Positions 9,933-19,477 of a stretch of 64,000 nt of DNA are shown one piece after another (within the stretch, counting starts at the first letter, position 1; every line of letters starts with the position of its first letter). A program made the translations under genes and the position numbers. The notes beneath the pieces are model-generated. The model searched no databases. It saw only the letters and a list, made by a program, of their open reading frames with translations, and was not told where the DNA came from. Origin of the DNA: Verrucomicrobiota bacterium (lineage in GTDB: Bacteria; Verrucomicrobiota; Verrucomicrobiia; Limisphaerales; AAA164-E04); contig CP170459.1 of assembly GCA_047947115.1 (NCBI GenBank), forward strand, positions 4,960,001-5,024,000, in the 5' to 3' direction.

Positions 9933-11402
9933 TCAATCTTTCCTGGCGCCCAACACCTTGACACGCAGTCGATCTGACAGGGCTTGAATCATCTCAGGGG
10001 CATCTGAAATGGAAGTCGTTTCACCGGGATCCTGTTCAACATGAGAGAGCACGGCATCCACCACTTTGTCCGCCCCCCTCTCCCACCATTCGGTGTAACG
10101 GTATAAGGGGGTTCGAATAGAATGCCCCACGACCCCTTTTTGTCCAGTCCCGCGCCCATGGGGGTAGGAAGAATATGCGACCTCGCGGTGACTGCTGTGC
10201 GGGTTTTTCAAGACTGGAACCAATGACTTGCCTTGCAGATGATCCGGTCGATCCAACCCACACAGATCACAAAGGGTCGGATACAAATCCAGCAATTCCA
10301 CCAGCGACTGAGTGCGACCTTTCGCCGACGCCATGCTTGGATGACGGATCATCAGCGGCACGCGCGTATCGCATTCAAAGTTGGTATGTTTGCACCAACT
10401 GGAATGATCCCCCAGCTTCCAGCCATGATCAGCCCAAAGCACAACAATAGTGTTTTCGGCAACACCGTGTTCCTCCAATGCATCCAGCAGCACTCCAATA
10501 TTCCGATCTGTATAACTGATGCTGGCGTGATATCCATGAAGGAGTGTTTGGTTCAATTCATCCGAAAACTGCTCTGGAGAACCTTCCTGCGGAACATCAC
10601 TGTAGGCTCGAAGCTCACCTGCATTCTTGTTTCGAGCGTATTCAGGATAACCGGGTGGAACAGACAGATTGTCTGGAAGTTTGAAGGTTTCTGATTGGTA
10701 AAGATCCCAATACTTTTTGGGAGCAATGAATGGCAAATGAGGTTTGGTAAAACCAACAGCCAGGAAAAATGGTTTCGCATCTCTGGCCAACCGAGCAATT
10801 TGCTCCGCCCCCGTACGAGCTCTTACTCCGTCAAAATGGGTCTCATCCCCCGTCTCAAACGATTCAGTGGATGGACCGCGTCGTTTCCCATCGGTTTTAC
10901 TCTGGTTTTCCAGCCTTAAGGCTGTGTTGGCCGGATTGGCATATTCGGTCCCCCCATCGGGAATGATCCAGCGGGTCCAATGATCCGGATCCACTCCTGG
11001 GCCCCGATTGCCATGATAAATCTTACCCAACCCGATGGTCACGTATCCATTGGACTTGAAATGCTGGTTCATGGTGACTATATGCGCCCACCGGTCTCGC
11101 CATCCGGTCACGTGATATGTGCGTTCCTCCAGATACTCGGGATAGAGTCCCGTCATCAAAGAAACGCGACTCGCACCACAAACGGCCTGATTGCAGTAAG
11201 CACGGTCAAAAACAAGCCCCGTAGCCGCCAACCGATCCATGTTGGGTGTTATCGCCTTGCCGCCGTAGCACCCCATTTCGGGCCGCATATCATCAACAGC
11301 GATGAACAGCACATTGAAGGGCCTTTTATCAGCCGCCAAATGCAGCACACCCAGTCCCAGCATCAAGACGGATAAAACCATTCTACGGCAAAGGGGAATC
11401 AT
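9933..11402 (-). CDS. Secreted formylglycine-dependent sulfatase (iduronate-2-sulfatase-like)
   Basis: NVLFIAVDD, CGASR active-site motif, GKIYH, KPHLP, ADHG; signal peptide. Confidence 0.93.
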   Translation of the reverse strand: MIPLCRRMVLSVLMLGLGVLHLAADKRPFNVLFIAVDDMRPEMGCYGGKAITPNMDRLAATGLVFDRAYCNQAVCGASRVSLMTGLYPEYLEERTYHVTGWRDRWAHIVTMNQHFKSNGYVTIGLGKIYHGNRGPGVDPDHWTRWIIPDGGTEYANPANTALRLENQSKTDGKRRGPSTESFETGDETHFDGVRARTGAEQIARLARDAKPFFLAVGFTKPHLPFIAPKKYWDLYQSETFKLPDNLSVPPGYPEYARNKNAGELRAYSDVPQEGSPEQFSDELNQTLLHGYHASISYTDRNIGVLLDALEEHGVAENTIVVLWADHGWKLGDHSSWCKHTNFECDTRVPLMIRHPSMASAKGRTQSLVELLDLYPTLCDLCGLDRPDHLQGKSLVPVLKNPHSSHREVAYSSYPHGRGTGQKGVVGHSIRTPLYRYTEWWERGADKVVDAVLSHVEQDPGETTSISDAPEMIQALSDRLRVKVLGARKD

Positions 11403-11408
11403 GACGAA

Positions 11409-11437
11409 AAACTAGTCAAAGGCGGTCCAATGGTCAA
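11409..11437 (-). promoter_or_regulatory. Sigma70-type promoter, probably leaderless, for the sulfatase
   Basis: Minus strand TTGACC-N17-TAGTTT-N6-ATG (11402). Confidence 0.55.
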
Positions 11438-11668
11438 TGACTCCTTCGAGTGATCCAAAATCCAGTACACTCCGGCAGTTCCCTTTTTGCAAGGCCTTGC
11501 AACCACCCCAAAGGGAGAATTCGACAGGTAATTTCATTTGGTCACAACGCGGATAGATGTTATATAAACCCCAAGGATTCTTGTAATGGCGGAAAACTTT
11601 AAGGCACCTATACTGCTAACGGTTTTTCACAATACGATTCGCAAAATAACAACAAAACAACTCCCAGA

Positions 11669-13543
11669 ATGAAATCTTCGGAATTACGGTATTCAAACCA
11701 TCGAACCAACCTGTTTTTCATGTGCCTGGCTACCATGATGGCTTGCCTCATCGGTTACCAATCTCTTCACGGACAGGGAGCCGACTTCAAAGCTGCAGTT
11801 GGCAACCCACAGATTGGTTCGGTCAACTCATCCGGTTCGCTGCAACTCCCCTACATCACCTGGGGCGGCGATGTGGCCACCTTTCACGCCAACGGAGGAC
11901 TTCAAACCGCCACTGGTTCCATTTTCGACAAGCAGGGATTGAAGTTCAATATGAAGGCTGGTGACGATTTCGCACAGCAGGTCAAGGATTACATGACGGG
12001 CAAATCCCCCTTCCTGCGAGGCACGTTCCGCATGATGGGGATGGCTTCCGAGATCATTGGCTCGGATCCAAGGACCAAAGGGGTTGTCATACTGCAAATG
12101 ACCTGGTCTGCCGGAGATCACATGGTAGCGCGGGAAGGATTGAAAACAATATCAGACCTGAAGGGCAAAAGCATCGCTATCCAGCAAGGCGGACCTCACG
12201 TGGGCATGCTGGACGACATCCTAAAAACCGCCCAGCTCTCCTGGGCGGATGTCAACATTGTCTGGGCCAAGGATTTGACCGGCACTCCGGATTCACCCGC
12301 GGAAATGATGCGTAAAAACCCGCAGATCAGCGCTTGCTTCGCCATCACACCGGACATGTTGGGTTTGTGTGGCGGACTGGAAAGCACCGGATCAGGCGCA
12401 GAAGGCACGATCAAAGGGGCTCATGTACTGGTCTCGACCGCGGAACTCTCCCGGTCCATCGCAGATGTTTATGTGTGCCGTAAAGATTTCTACGACGCTC
12501 ATCGTGACAAGGTCACAAAGTTTGTGACAGGTTACTTGAGAGGATGTGAAGAACTTGTGGACATGAAACGCCAATACGAAGCCGGCGGATCAGCCAATTA
12601 CGAAAAAGTGCTGAAAATGACCCAGCAGATTTACGGCACTGATGTTGTTCCTGTTCCAGAGGAAGCACACGGACTGATATCGGATTGCACCTTTGTTTTG
12701 TATCCGGGCAACGTGACCTTCTTCACGCAAAACAATAATCTGACCAGTTTCAATAAGTTCCAGCAGTCGGCACTGGACCTGGCCGTCAGTCAGGGATATG
12801 CCAAAGAAAAAATGGGGCTCTTTCCATCTGGTTTAAATTATCAATCCGATGACTTCCTGAAGTATCTCTCCAAAACCACCATGGAACAGGGCGGACGATT
12901 CAGAGCCGAGGCCGTTCGGGAGGAAATCGAGCTATTGAGCCAGGGGGGCGAGTTGGACGACAAGACCATCATGAGCTTCACCATCCAGTTCGAACCCAAT
13001 CAGACTGAATTCAGCGCGGTTCAATATGGAGCCGAATTTCAGAGAGTGGTGGAATCTTCCCAACGCTTCGGCAACGCTGTCATTGCCATTCGCGGGCACG
13101 CGGATCCCACCAAGACATTGCTGGATCTGGTGAAAGCAGGCATGCAGAAAGGTGTACTCAAACGCTCCGGAGCCAGCGGCAATTATAACTACTCGCTGCA
13201 AGGCCGCCCTCTGGATCTGGAAGCAACCAAAGATCTGGTCCAATTGATCGAGTCAGGATCCTTTGACGGGGCACAGACATTCAATCCCCGCGAAACCATG
13301 CAAGCCGCCCTCAATCTCTCCAGACTAAGGGCAGAGCAGGTACTCGACGCGATCAGCCAATACGCGAGTTCCAAGGGCGTCACCATCGACACCAGCCAGA
13401 TTCAGCCGGTGGGAGTGGGCATTCGTGAACCATTCATTGCCAAACCAAGTAATTTGAACGAGGCCAAGCAAAACATGCGGGTTGAATTCCGCATCGTACG
13501 TGTTCCGGCTGAGGCAACCACTTCATCCGATTTTGATTTCTGA
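11669..13543 (+). CDS. NMT1/THI5-like solute-binding protein fused to a C-terminal OmpA-like domain
   Basis: Signal peptide. SBP motifs WSAGD, LKGKSIA, IADV. OmpA-like IQFE...GHAD...LSRLRA...VGVG...NMRVEF. Confidence 0.82.
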   Translation: MKSSELRYSNHRTNLFFMCLATMMACLIGYQSLHGQGADFKAAVGNPQIGSVNSSGSLQLPYITWGGDVATFHANGGLQTATGSIFDKQGLKFNMKAGDDFAQQVKDYMTGKSPFLRGTFRMMGMASEIIGSDPRTKGVVILQMTWSAGDHMVAREGLKTISDLKGKSIAIQQGGPHVGMLDDILKTAQLSWADVNIVWAKDLTGTPDSPAEMMRKNPQISACFAITPDMLGLCGGLESTGSGAEGTIKGAHVLVSTAELSRSIADVYVCRKDFYDAHRDKVTKFVTGYLRGCEELVDMKRQYEAGGSANYEKVLKMTQQIYGTDVVPVPEEAHGLISDCTFVLYPGNVTFFTQNNNLTSFNKFQQSALDLAVSQGYAKEKMGLFPSGLNYQSDDFLKYLSKTTMEQGGRFRAEAVREEIELLSQGGELDDKTIMSFTIQFEPNQTEFSAVQYGAEFQRVVESSQRFGNAVIAIRGHADPTKTLLDLVKAGMQKGVLKRSGASGNYNYSLQGRPLDLEATKDLVQLIESGSFDGAQTFNPRETMQAALNLSRLRAEQVLDAISQYASSKGVTIDTSQIQPVGVGIREPFIAKPSNLNEAKQNMRVEFRIVRVPAEATTSSDFDF

Positions 13544-13661
13544 TCCGACCAATACGCACCATACAAGGGAAACCCCAATACACAACCCTCGACGACACGA
13601 CCAGGCAGGTGACACTCGGGTTGCCCCCTTCGTATCCATCCATTGAAGATATAGACAACCG

Positions 13662-14591
13662 ATGAAACGAATATTCATGAGACCGCTGTTGGCAGGCACG
13701 GCCCTGACCTTTCTCCTGGGCGCTTTTTCCAGCCTGATGGGACAATCCTCCATCGATCATGTGGTCATTGTCCTGGATGCTTCCGGATCCATGAAACAAA
13801 AGATGCCGAGTTCGAATCAGCCCAAAATGGAGGCCGCGAAGGAGGCTTTGATCGAAGTTCTGAGCAACATACCTCAAACTACGCACATCGGGCTGCTGGT
13901 ATTCAGCGCGGCAGATGTCAAGGATCACTGGGTGTATCCCCTCGCCTTCCGCAAGGATGACGAACTTCTCCCCGCCATTCGAAACATTCGCCCCAACCGC
14001 GGAACACCATTGGGCCGATACATTAAAATCGGCGCTGATCGGTTACTCGAAGAACGCGCCAAACAATTTGGCTACGGCACCTATCGACTGTTGATCGTCA
14101 CGGATGGAGAAGCAAACGATCGCAACCTGGTCGAACAATATACCCCCGAGGTGCTGTCCCGTGGTTTGAGAATGGATGTGATCGGTGTAGCCATGGATAG
14201 AGATCACACACTTGCCACCAAAGTGCACACCTATCGCCGCGCCAACGACGCCAACACTCTCAAACAAGCCATCGCGGAAGTCTTCGCGGAAGTCGGAGGC
14301 AATCAGGCCGGGAATGTGGCTGACAACGACGCTTTCGAACTGTTGGCCCCCATTCCTGTCGAAGTAGCTTCTGCCGCAATCAATGCCCTTTCCCAATCTG
14401 GAAACAACCCCATTGGCGAAAGCCGAACCAACAGCCCAGATGTCGAGCAAGCCGCTTCAAACACCACGGCACAGCATACCATCACACACACGCGAACAGT
14501 TCAACCCGAGGGGATGGGAAGTGTTTTGAAACTGGTCATTTTGGGAGGTCTTGTGCTACTGGTCCTCCTGAAAGCAATCACGAAAAGATAA
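13662..14591 (+). CDS. Exported von Willebrand factor A domain protein with C-terminal membrane anchor
   Basis: Signal peptide. MIDAS DASGS, GTPL, VTDG. S/T-rich linker followed by VLKLVILGGLVLLVLL-KAITKR. Confidence 0.9.
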   Translation: MKRIFMRPLLAGTALTFLLGAFSSLMGQSSIDHVVIVLDASGSMKQKMPSSNQPKMEAAKEALIEVLSNIPQTTHIGLLVFSAADVKDHWVYPLAFRKDDELLPAIRNIRPNRGTPLGRYIKIGADRLLEERAKQFGYGTYRLLIVTDGEANDRNLVEQYTPEVLSRGLRMDVIGVAMDRDHTLATKVHTYRRANDANTLKQAIAEVFAEVGGNQAGNVADNDAFELLAPIPVEVASAAINALSQSGNNPIGESRTNSPDVEQAASNTTAQHTITHTRTVQPEGMGSVLKLVILGGLVLLVLLKAITKR

Positions 14592-16162
14592 TGAGCGAAC
14601 GTAAGGCGAAGGGATGTTTGGTTGCCACGATGGCGTGGTGTATCATTTTTCTATTGTTGGCAGTGGCGTACAAATACCTGGTGCACCCATATTTCAGCCA
14701 ACGCCTGACAGAGGAAACAGGAACCGTCAGCCGTTACGATCACGAAATCACCATTGCGACCGATTCCTTCAGCGGCTATGCCATTCTTCGTTCTAATGCC
14801 ATGAAACAATGGATGTCGGAACATCAGATCAAACTGAATGTGATCGACGACGGAGCCAATTACTCGGAACGACTCGACAATCTCCGGCGCGGCACAACCC
14901 AGTTGGCTGTGTTCACCATCGATTCCTACTTGAAAGCAGGAGCCAAAGCCGGGGCATTTCCCGGTTCGATCGTTCTGGTGATGGACGAAACACAGGGTGG
15001 AGACGCACTGGTGGCACATGAGTCATCCTTCAAATCCATCCAGGAACTCAATGCGCCATCCACTCGGATCGTTTTGACACCTGATTCTCCAAGTGAATTT
15101 CTTGCACGCGTCATCCTTGCCCACTTCAGCCTGCCGAAAATATCGCCGGACTGGATGACAGGTGAAGACGGCTCGGACAAAGTCCTGAACCATCTCAGGC
15201 AATCAAGTCCCGGAAGCCAAAAAGCATTCGTTCTTTGGCAACCCTATGTGGCCCAAGCTATCAAACTACCGGGTTACAAGGTGTTGCTGGACAGTTCCCA
15301 ACTCAAGGGCTACATCGTGGATGTACTGGTGGCCGAGCGAACGTTTTTGAAAAACAATCAGGAACTCATTCAAACTTTTGCCGAAGGTTACTTCCGCGCT
15401 CTGTATCAGTATCAAAACAAGGAAAACGGACTTCAAAATCTGGTCATCACGGACGCCAACCGGCTCAACCCAGAGAAATTGGACGCGGATCTGGCAGATG
15501 CCGTGGTGAAAGGGATTCATTGGAAAAACACCATGGACAACTATGCCCACTTTGGAATTGCCCGGGAAACTCGCCCGAATTCCCCCCCCCACCTAGAAGA
15601 CATGATCGGAAACATCGTCGAAGTGTTGCTAAAAACGAAGAGCATTGGCACCGATCCATTAAACGGACAGTATAACACGCTCTTTTACGACCAAATCATG
15701 GCCTCCCTGCAGACAAACAACTTTCACCCTGGCCAGGAGCTCCATTTGATATCGGACCTGAGCTCCGAACAACGACCAAGCGCGCCCCCAGACCAACCCC
15801 AACCCTTGACCGAAACGGAGTGGAGTCGATTGATACCCGTCGGGGTGCTTCAAGCCGATGCCATTGGGTTCGTCAGAGGGTCTTCCAGTGTGAGTCGTTC
15901 CAGCGAACGGGCCCTTCAGGCCCTTTCCAAAAAGCTGCAGTCCTTTCCAAATTTCTATCTAAAAGTGATCGGGCAAACCCGGGCTGAAGGCGATGCGGCA
16001 GCCAACCAGCGATTAGCTGCGGCCCGGGCCGAGGCGGTGGCGCAGATGTTGAAACAACATGGAGTGCCCGATTGGCGGATCCGAACCGAAGCATCTCCTT
16101 CCACCAGCGAAAACGGTCAATTTCAATCGGTTGTTTTTGAATTGGGACAGCGTCCTTATTGA
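14591..16162 (+). CDS. Membrane-anchored solute-binding protein fused to a degenerate OmpA-like domain
   Basis: N-terminal TM. DSFSGY, DETQGGDA, SPSEF, IVDVLVA SBP motifs. C-terminal IGF..GS...GQT....NQRLA..RAEAV. TAATG overlap with the vWA gene. Confidence 0.82.
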   Translation: MSERKAKGCLVATMAWCIIFLLLAVAYKYLVHPYFSQRLTEETGTVSRYDHEITIATDSFSGYAILRSNAMKQWMSEHQIKLNVIDDGANYSERLDNLRRGTTQLAVFTIDSYLKAGAKAGAFPGSIVLVMDETQGGDALVAHESSFKSIQELNAPSTRIVLTPDSPSEFLARVILAHFSLPKISPDWMTGEDGSDKVLNHLRQSSPGSQKAFVLWQPYVAQAIKLPGYKVLLDSSQLKGYIVDVLVAERTFLKNNQELIQTFAEGYFRALYQYQNKENGLQNLVITDANRLNPEKLDADLADAVVKGIHWKNTMDNYAHFGIARETRPNSPPHLEDMIGNIVEVLLKTKSIGTDPLNGQYNTLFYDQIMASLQTNNFHPGQELHLISDLSSEQRPSAPPDQPQPLTETEWSRLIPVGVLQADAIGFVRGSSSVSRSSERALQALSKKLQSFPNFYLKVIGQTRAEGDAAANQRLAAARAEAVAQMLKQHGVPDWRIRTEASPSTSENGQFQSVVFELGQRPY

Positions 16163-16231
16163 ACATGTATTCATCCTGCGCCCATTTTAGGACCGACCAA
16201 GTTCACCTGCTGAATGCCCTGATCCAAGCCT

Positions 16232-16259
16232 TTGCAGGGGTAACCGTTTGTGATACATT
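16232..16259 (+). promoter_or_regulatory. Possible internal promoter
   Basis: TTGCAG-N16-TACATT with TG extended -10, 10 nt before ATG 16270. Confidence 0.4.
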
Positions 16260-16269
16260 TGGAATCTCG

Positions 16270-17067
16270 ATGATTCAGGAACCATCCCAGGCATCGCCAA
16301 GCTCGGCGAAAGAAGTCGGCAAGGTAGACATCCGCAAACGGGTGTTGCTTCGCCTGACATCCAGTCCCTTGGTTCTCGGTCCGGTCATGCTCGGGTTTAC
16401 CAGCATGGTTTCCGCATGGGCTTTTGCCCCGCGTCAGGCGGGATTGCTCCTGTTTGGAGGCATCGCGGGATTGCTCATTGGGACAGGCTGCTTTGTTTCC
16501 AAATTATTACTTTCAGGCAACAAGGTGGCTCACAAGGTGCTGTCTGAAATCGAAGAACAACAATTCAATGCCCGACAAAAGGCACTGGACGATCTAAGGA
16601 AAGCTCTGGAACGTTCAGACAACGATCCCCGTCCGGAAGAAGCCCTGGGGGATCTGAGAGCATTGGTGGACACTTTCCGTTCCATTGAGACGTCTGAGGC
16701 ATCGGCACAATGGGCCATCATGGTGGATGTCCGACTCCAGGTGGAATCTCTCTTTGCCCACTGCCTACGCCTGATCGAACAAACCCATCACCTCCGGCTC
16801 ACAGCAGACAAACTCAACACGGAAGCCGCTCGCCACCCCGTTTTGGAGCAACGTGAAGGCATCATTCATGAAATACAGGCTTGCGTGAAACAATTGAGTC
16901 ATTCGCTTGTTTCACTTCAGAAGTTGAGGCATGTCCAATCAGGCACCCATGATCTTCAGCAGATGCGTAAAGAACTCGATGCCAGCCTGGAAGTCGCTCG
17001 CAAAGTGGAAGAAAGAATGCAGGAATGGTCTCTGGGATCCCATGTTCGATCAGTTGATAACATTTGA
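16270..17067 (+). CDS. Two-TM membrane protein with cytoplasmic helical/coiled-coil domain
   Basis: Two hydrophobic helices followed by heptad-rich helices. ATG 16270 preferred over TTG 16159. Confidence 0.75.
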   Translation: MIQEPSQASPSSAKEVGKVDIRKRVLLRLTSSPLVLGPVMLGFTSMVSAWAFAPRQAGLLLFGGIAGLLIGTGCFVSKLLLSGNKVAHKVLSEIEEQQFNARQKALDDLRKALERSDNDPRPEEALGDLRALVDTFRSIETSEASAQWAIMVDVRLQVESLFAHCLRLIEQTHHLRLTADKLNTEAARHPVLEQREGIIHEIQACVKQLSHSLVSLQKLRHVQSGTHDLQQMRKELDASLEVARKVEERMQEWSLGSHVRSVDNI

Positions 17068-17098
17068 TTTGTAAAGCACAGCAACTAAAACAAATATC

Positions 17099-17929
17099 AT
17101 GTTCAAAGCAATCACAAGATGGTTTAAAGCGGTGGGATATCTCCTAACCGGGCAAATTGATTCGGCACGTAAAGTGATCGACACCAATCCACATGTCATC
17201 AAAGCCAAATACGATGAAATTGTCCGGGACAAGATATCCCGCATTCATCAATACAAGCAGGCGGTCGCCGGCCTGATCGCTCAGGAGGAGAAAAAAATCG
17301 CAAAGGTCAAGACCCTCTCCGAGGACGTGGCCAATCTGGAACGACTCAAAGCCGGAGCCCTGGCCAAGGCAAAACAAACCGTTGAGTCATTAAAAAACTC
17401 CGGAAAAACACAAGAGCAGATCCATGCGGACGAGGATTACAAACGCTGTCTGGCTGCTTTCAACGACTTTTCCTCGACGTTGGCTGAAAAACAGGATCGC
17501 ATCACGGAATTGGAACAGGACATTGCCGATTACCGCAAGAACATCAGTGACCACAAGGTTCAGTTGCAGCAGTTGCTGAGAGATGTCGAAAAAGTCAAAT
17601 CCGAAGCCGCCGACACAGTGGCGGATGTCATCACCTCCAAACAGGAAAAAGAATTGGCCGAAACATTGGCGGGCATCGCTCAGGATGGAACAGCTGAAGA
17701 ATTGCAGAACCTGCGCGACATGCGCCAGGAGTTGAAAGCCGAAGCCAAAGTCACCCGTGAACTGGCAGGTACCGACACAAAGGCACAGGAAGCCGAATTT
17801 CTGGAATACGCCCGACAAAGTCAATCCACCTCCGAATTCGATGCCCTCATCGGCCTGGCGTCCGAAACGGAAGAAAAATCAAAACCCTCCGGCGAGACCG
17901 GGAAAAAGGACACTTCGCTGCCGGAATGA
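17099..17929 (+). CDS. PspA/IM30 (Vipp1/ESCRT-III)-like coiled-coil protein
   Basis: Amphipathic N-terminal helix MFKAITRWFKAVGYLL, then D-T-N-P at the position of the PspA 'EDP' hinge, long coiled coils, C-terminal EFDAL. 276 aa. Confidence 0.72.
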   Translation: MFKAITRWFKAVGYLLTGQIDSARKVIDTNPHVIKAKYDEIVRDKISRIHQYKQAVAGLIAQEEKKIAKVKTLSEDVANLERLKAGALAKAKQTVESLKNSGKTQEQIHADEDYKRCLAAFNDFSSTLAEKQDRITELEQDIADYRKNISDHKVQLQQLLRDVEKVKSEAADTVADVITSKQEKELAETLAGIAQDGTAEELQNLRDMRQELKAEAKVTRELAGTDTKAQEAEFLEYARQSQSTSEFDALIGLASETEEKSKPSGETGKKDTSLPE

Positions 17930-17976
17930 CGTCCGAGGCAGCGTCACACCATTTATTTTGATCTGTAAAACCAATC

Positions 17977-19149
17977 ATGAAAGAAAACAAATTCCTATAC
18001 ACACAGTCACTCGCAGCCCTATGCCTTGCCATGGGACTGACCGCCTGCGGTCCACAAAGTGCCACCACCGACTCAGAAACATCCAATGGGAACGCATCCG
18101 GTGGAGTCAGCAACATGGAAGCAACCAACCCCTCACCGGCTGAGGAAAAAAAGGATTCGGGATTACCCACCTTCTCGCTGGCTTGGAGCGAATACCCCTC
18201 ATGGAGCACATTCGGTGTGGCGCATGTCGACAAATTCATCAACGGAAAAAAAGGCGAGCTGGGTTCGCTGGAAGAAAAATGGCAGGTCGATATTGTCCTG
18301 CACGAGGCAGAATATGACGCCTGCATTACCATGTATGGCGCCGGCACCGTCGATGCAGCCTGTCTCACCAACATGGACGCATTGAACCCGGCCATCGCAC
18401 GTCCTTCCACCATGATTCTCCCTACCTCCACAAGCCATGGAGCGGACGCCTGCATCGTGGTGGATTCCATCAATTCCATTCAGGATCTCAAAGGCAAAAA
18501 AGTCTACGGTCTCGAAAAAACGGTTTCTGAATATTGTTTTGTTCGAAACCTGGAAATGGCCGGGGAAAAAGAAAAGGACTATCAGTTCAGCAACATGGAC
18601 CCCGCCGCAGCCGCCGCAGCCATGCAACAAAAGCAGGACGGTGTGGATGGCATCATGGTCTGGAATCCATTCGTCATGGAAACCCTCTCAAAACGTGACG
18701 ACGTGAAAATACTCTTTGATTCCACCAAAACCCCAGGCGAAATCATCGATTCGGTAATCATGGCCCAGGATTCCCTGGCCAAAGAAGGCGGCGAAGCCTT
18801 TGCCTGTGCGATCATCGACGCCTTTTACACTATCGCAAACCGCATGAACCAACCCGAAACCCGCAACGACACATTGATCGCCCTTGGTGAGAAATTTTCC
18901 AACCTCGGACTGGAAGCCATGAACACTGTCGTGCGTCAAACCAAATTCATCAGCACGCCAGGGGAAGCCATCACCTTGTTCAACTCACAGGAACTCCCGC
19001 AAATCATGAAGCGGGTCATCGACTTCTGTGTCGACCACGAAATCACCGGACGCTCCCCTGCCCTCAGCTATGGGACCCCCAAAGACGGGGACAAGGCCGA
19101 ACTTCGTTTCGACCCCAGTTACATCCAAAAAGTCACTATGAAACAGTAG
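17977..19149 (+). CDS. Lipoprotein ABC-type solute-binding protein (NMT1/SsuA/urea-binding-like)
   Basis: Lipobox LTAC; WSEYPSW, TNMDAL, STSHGADA, LKGKKV, VWNPF, PGEIID. Confidence 0.87.
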   Translation: MKENKFLYTQSLAALCLAMGLTACGPQSATTDSETSNGNASGGVSNMEATNPSPAEEKKDSGLPTFSLAWSEYPSWSTFGVAHVDKFINGKKGELGSLEEKWQVDIVLHEAEYDACITMYGAGTVDAACLTNMDALNPAIARPSTMILPTSTSHGADACIVVDSINSIQDLKGKKVYGLEKTVSEYCFVRNLEMAGEKEKDYQFSNMDPAAAAAAMQQKQDGVDGIMVWNPFVMETLSKRDDVKILFDSTKTPGEIIDSVIMAQDSLAKEGGEAFACAIIDAFYTIANRMNQPETRNDTLIALGEKFSNLGLEAMNTVVRQTKFISTPGEAITLFNSQELPQIMKRVIDFCVDHEITGRSPALSYGTPKDGDKAELRFDPSYIQKVTMKQ

Positions 19150-19477
19150 CCTTGAATGAGGCGACTTCATTTCAGTTCCAACGAGAACGAATGCAACGGG
19201 CACACGTCAACCAGTGTGCCCGTTTATTTTTATCCCATTCATGATTCCCGTTAAAAACAATCAACTTCGAGTCAGGGATACAGGAACAATAGCTACCATT
19301 TCATACAAACCATGCTTAATATGGACGCTGGTTCCGGTTCATCGGCATGGCCGTAACAATCAAAAGTCCCGTCAACTTCGTAGCATCAATCCCTGCCCCC
19401 CATTTGGTGAGCATCCGAAAAGCATAGATTAAGCTGGCGATTTTTTAATTTTCCCTATTGAATCTCTTCATTATTCG

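Noticed and set aside
16159..16269. TTG start overlapping the upstream stop
   Set aside because: The extension is not protein-like and contains a promoter-like motif; ATG 16270 is preferred but not proven.
19214..19432. 72-aa ORF after the SBP locus, considered as a permease remnant
   Set aside because: No TM pattern or ABC motif.
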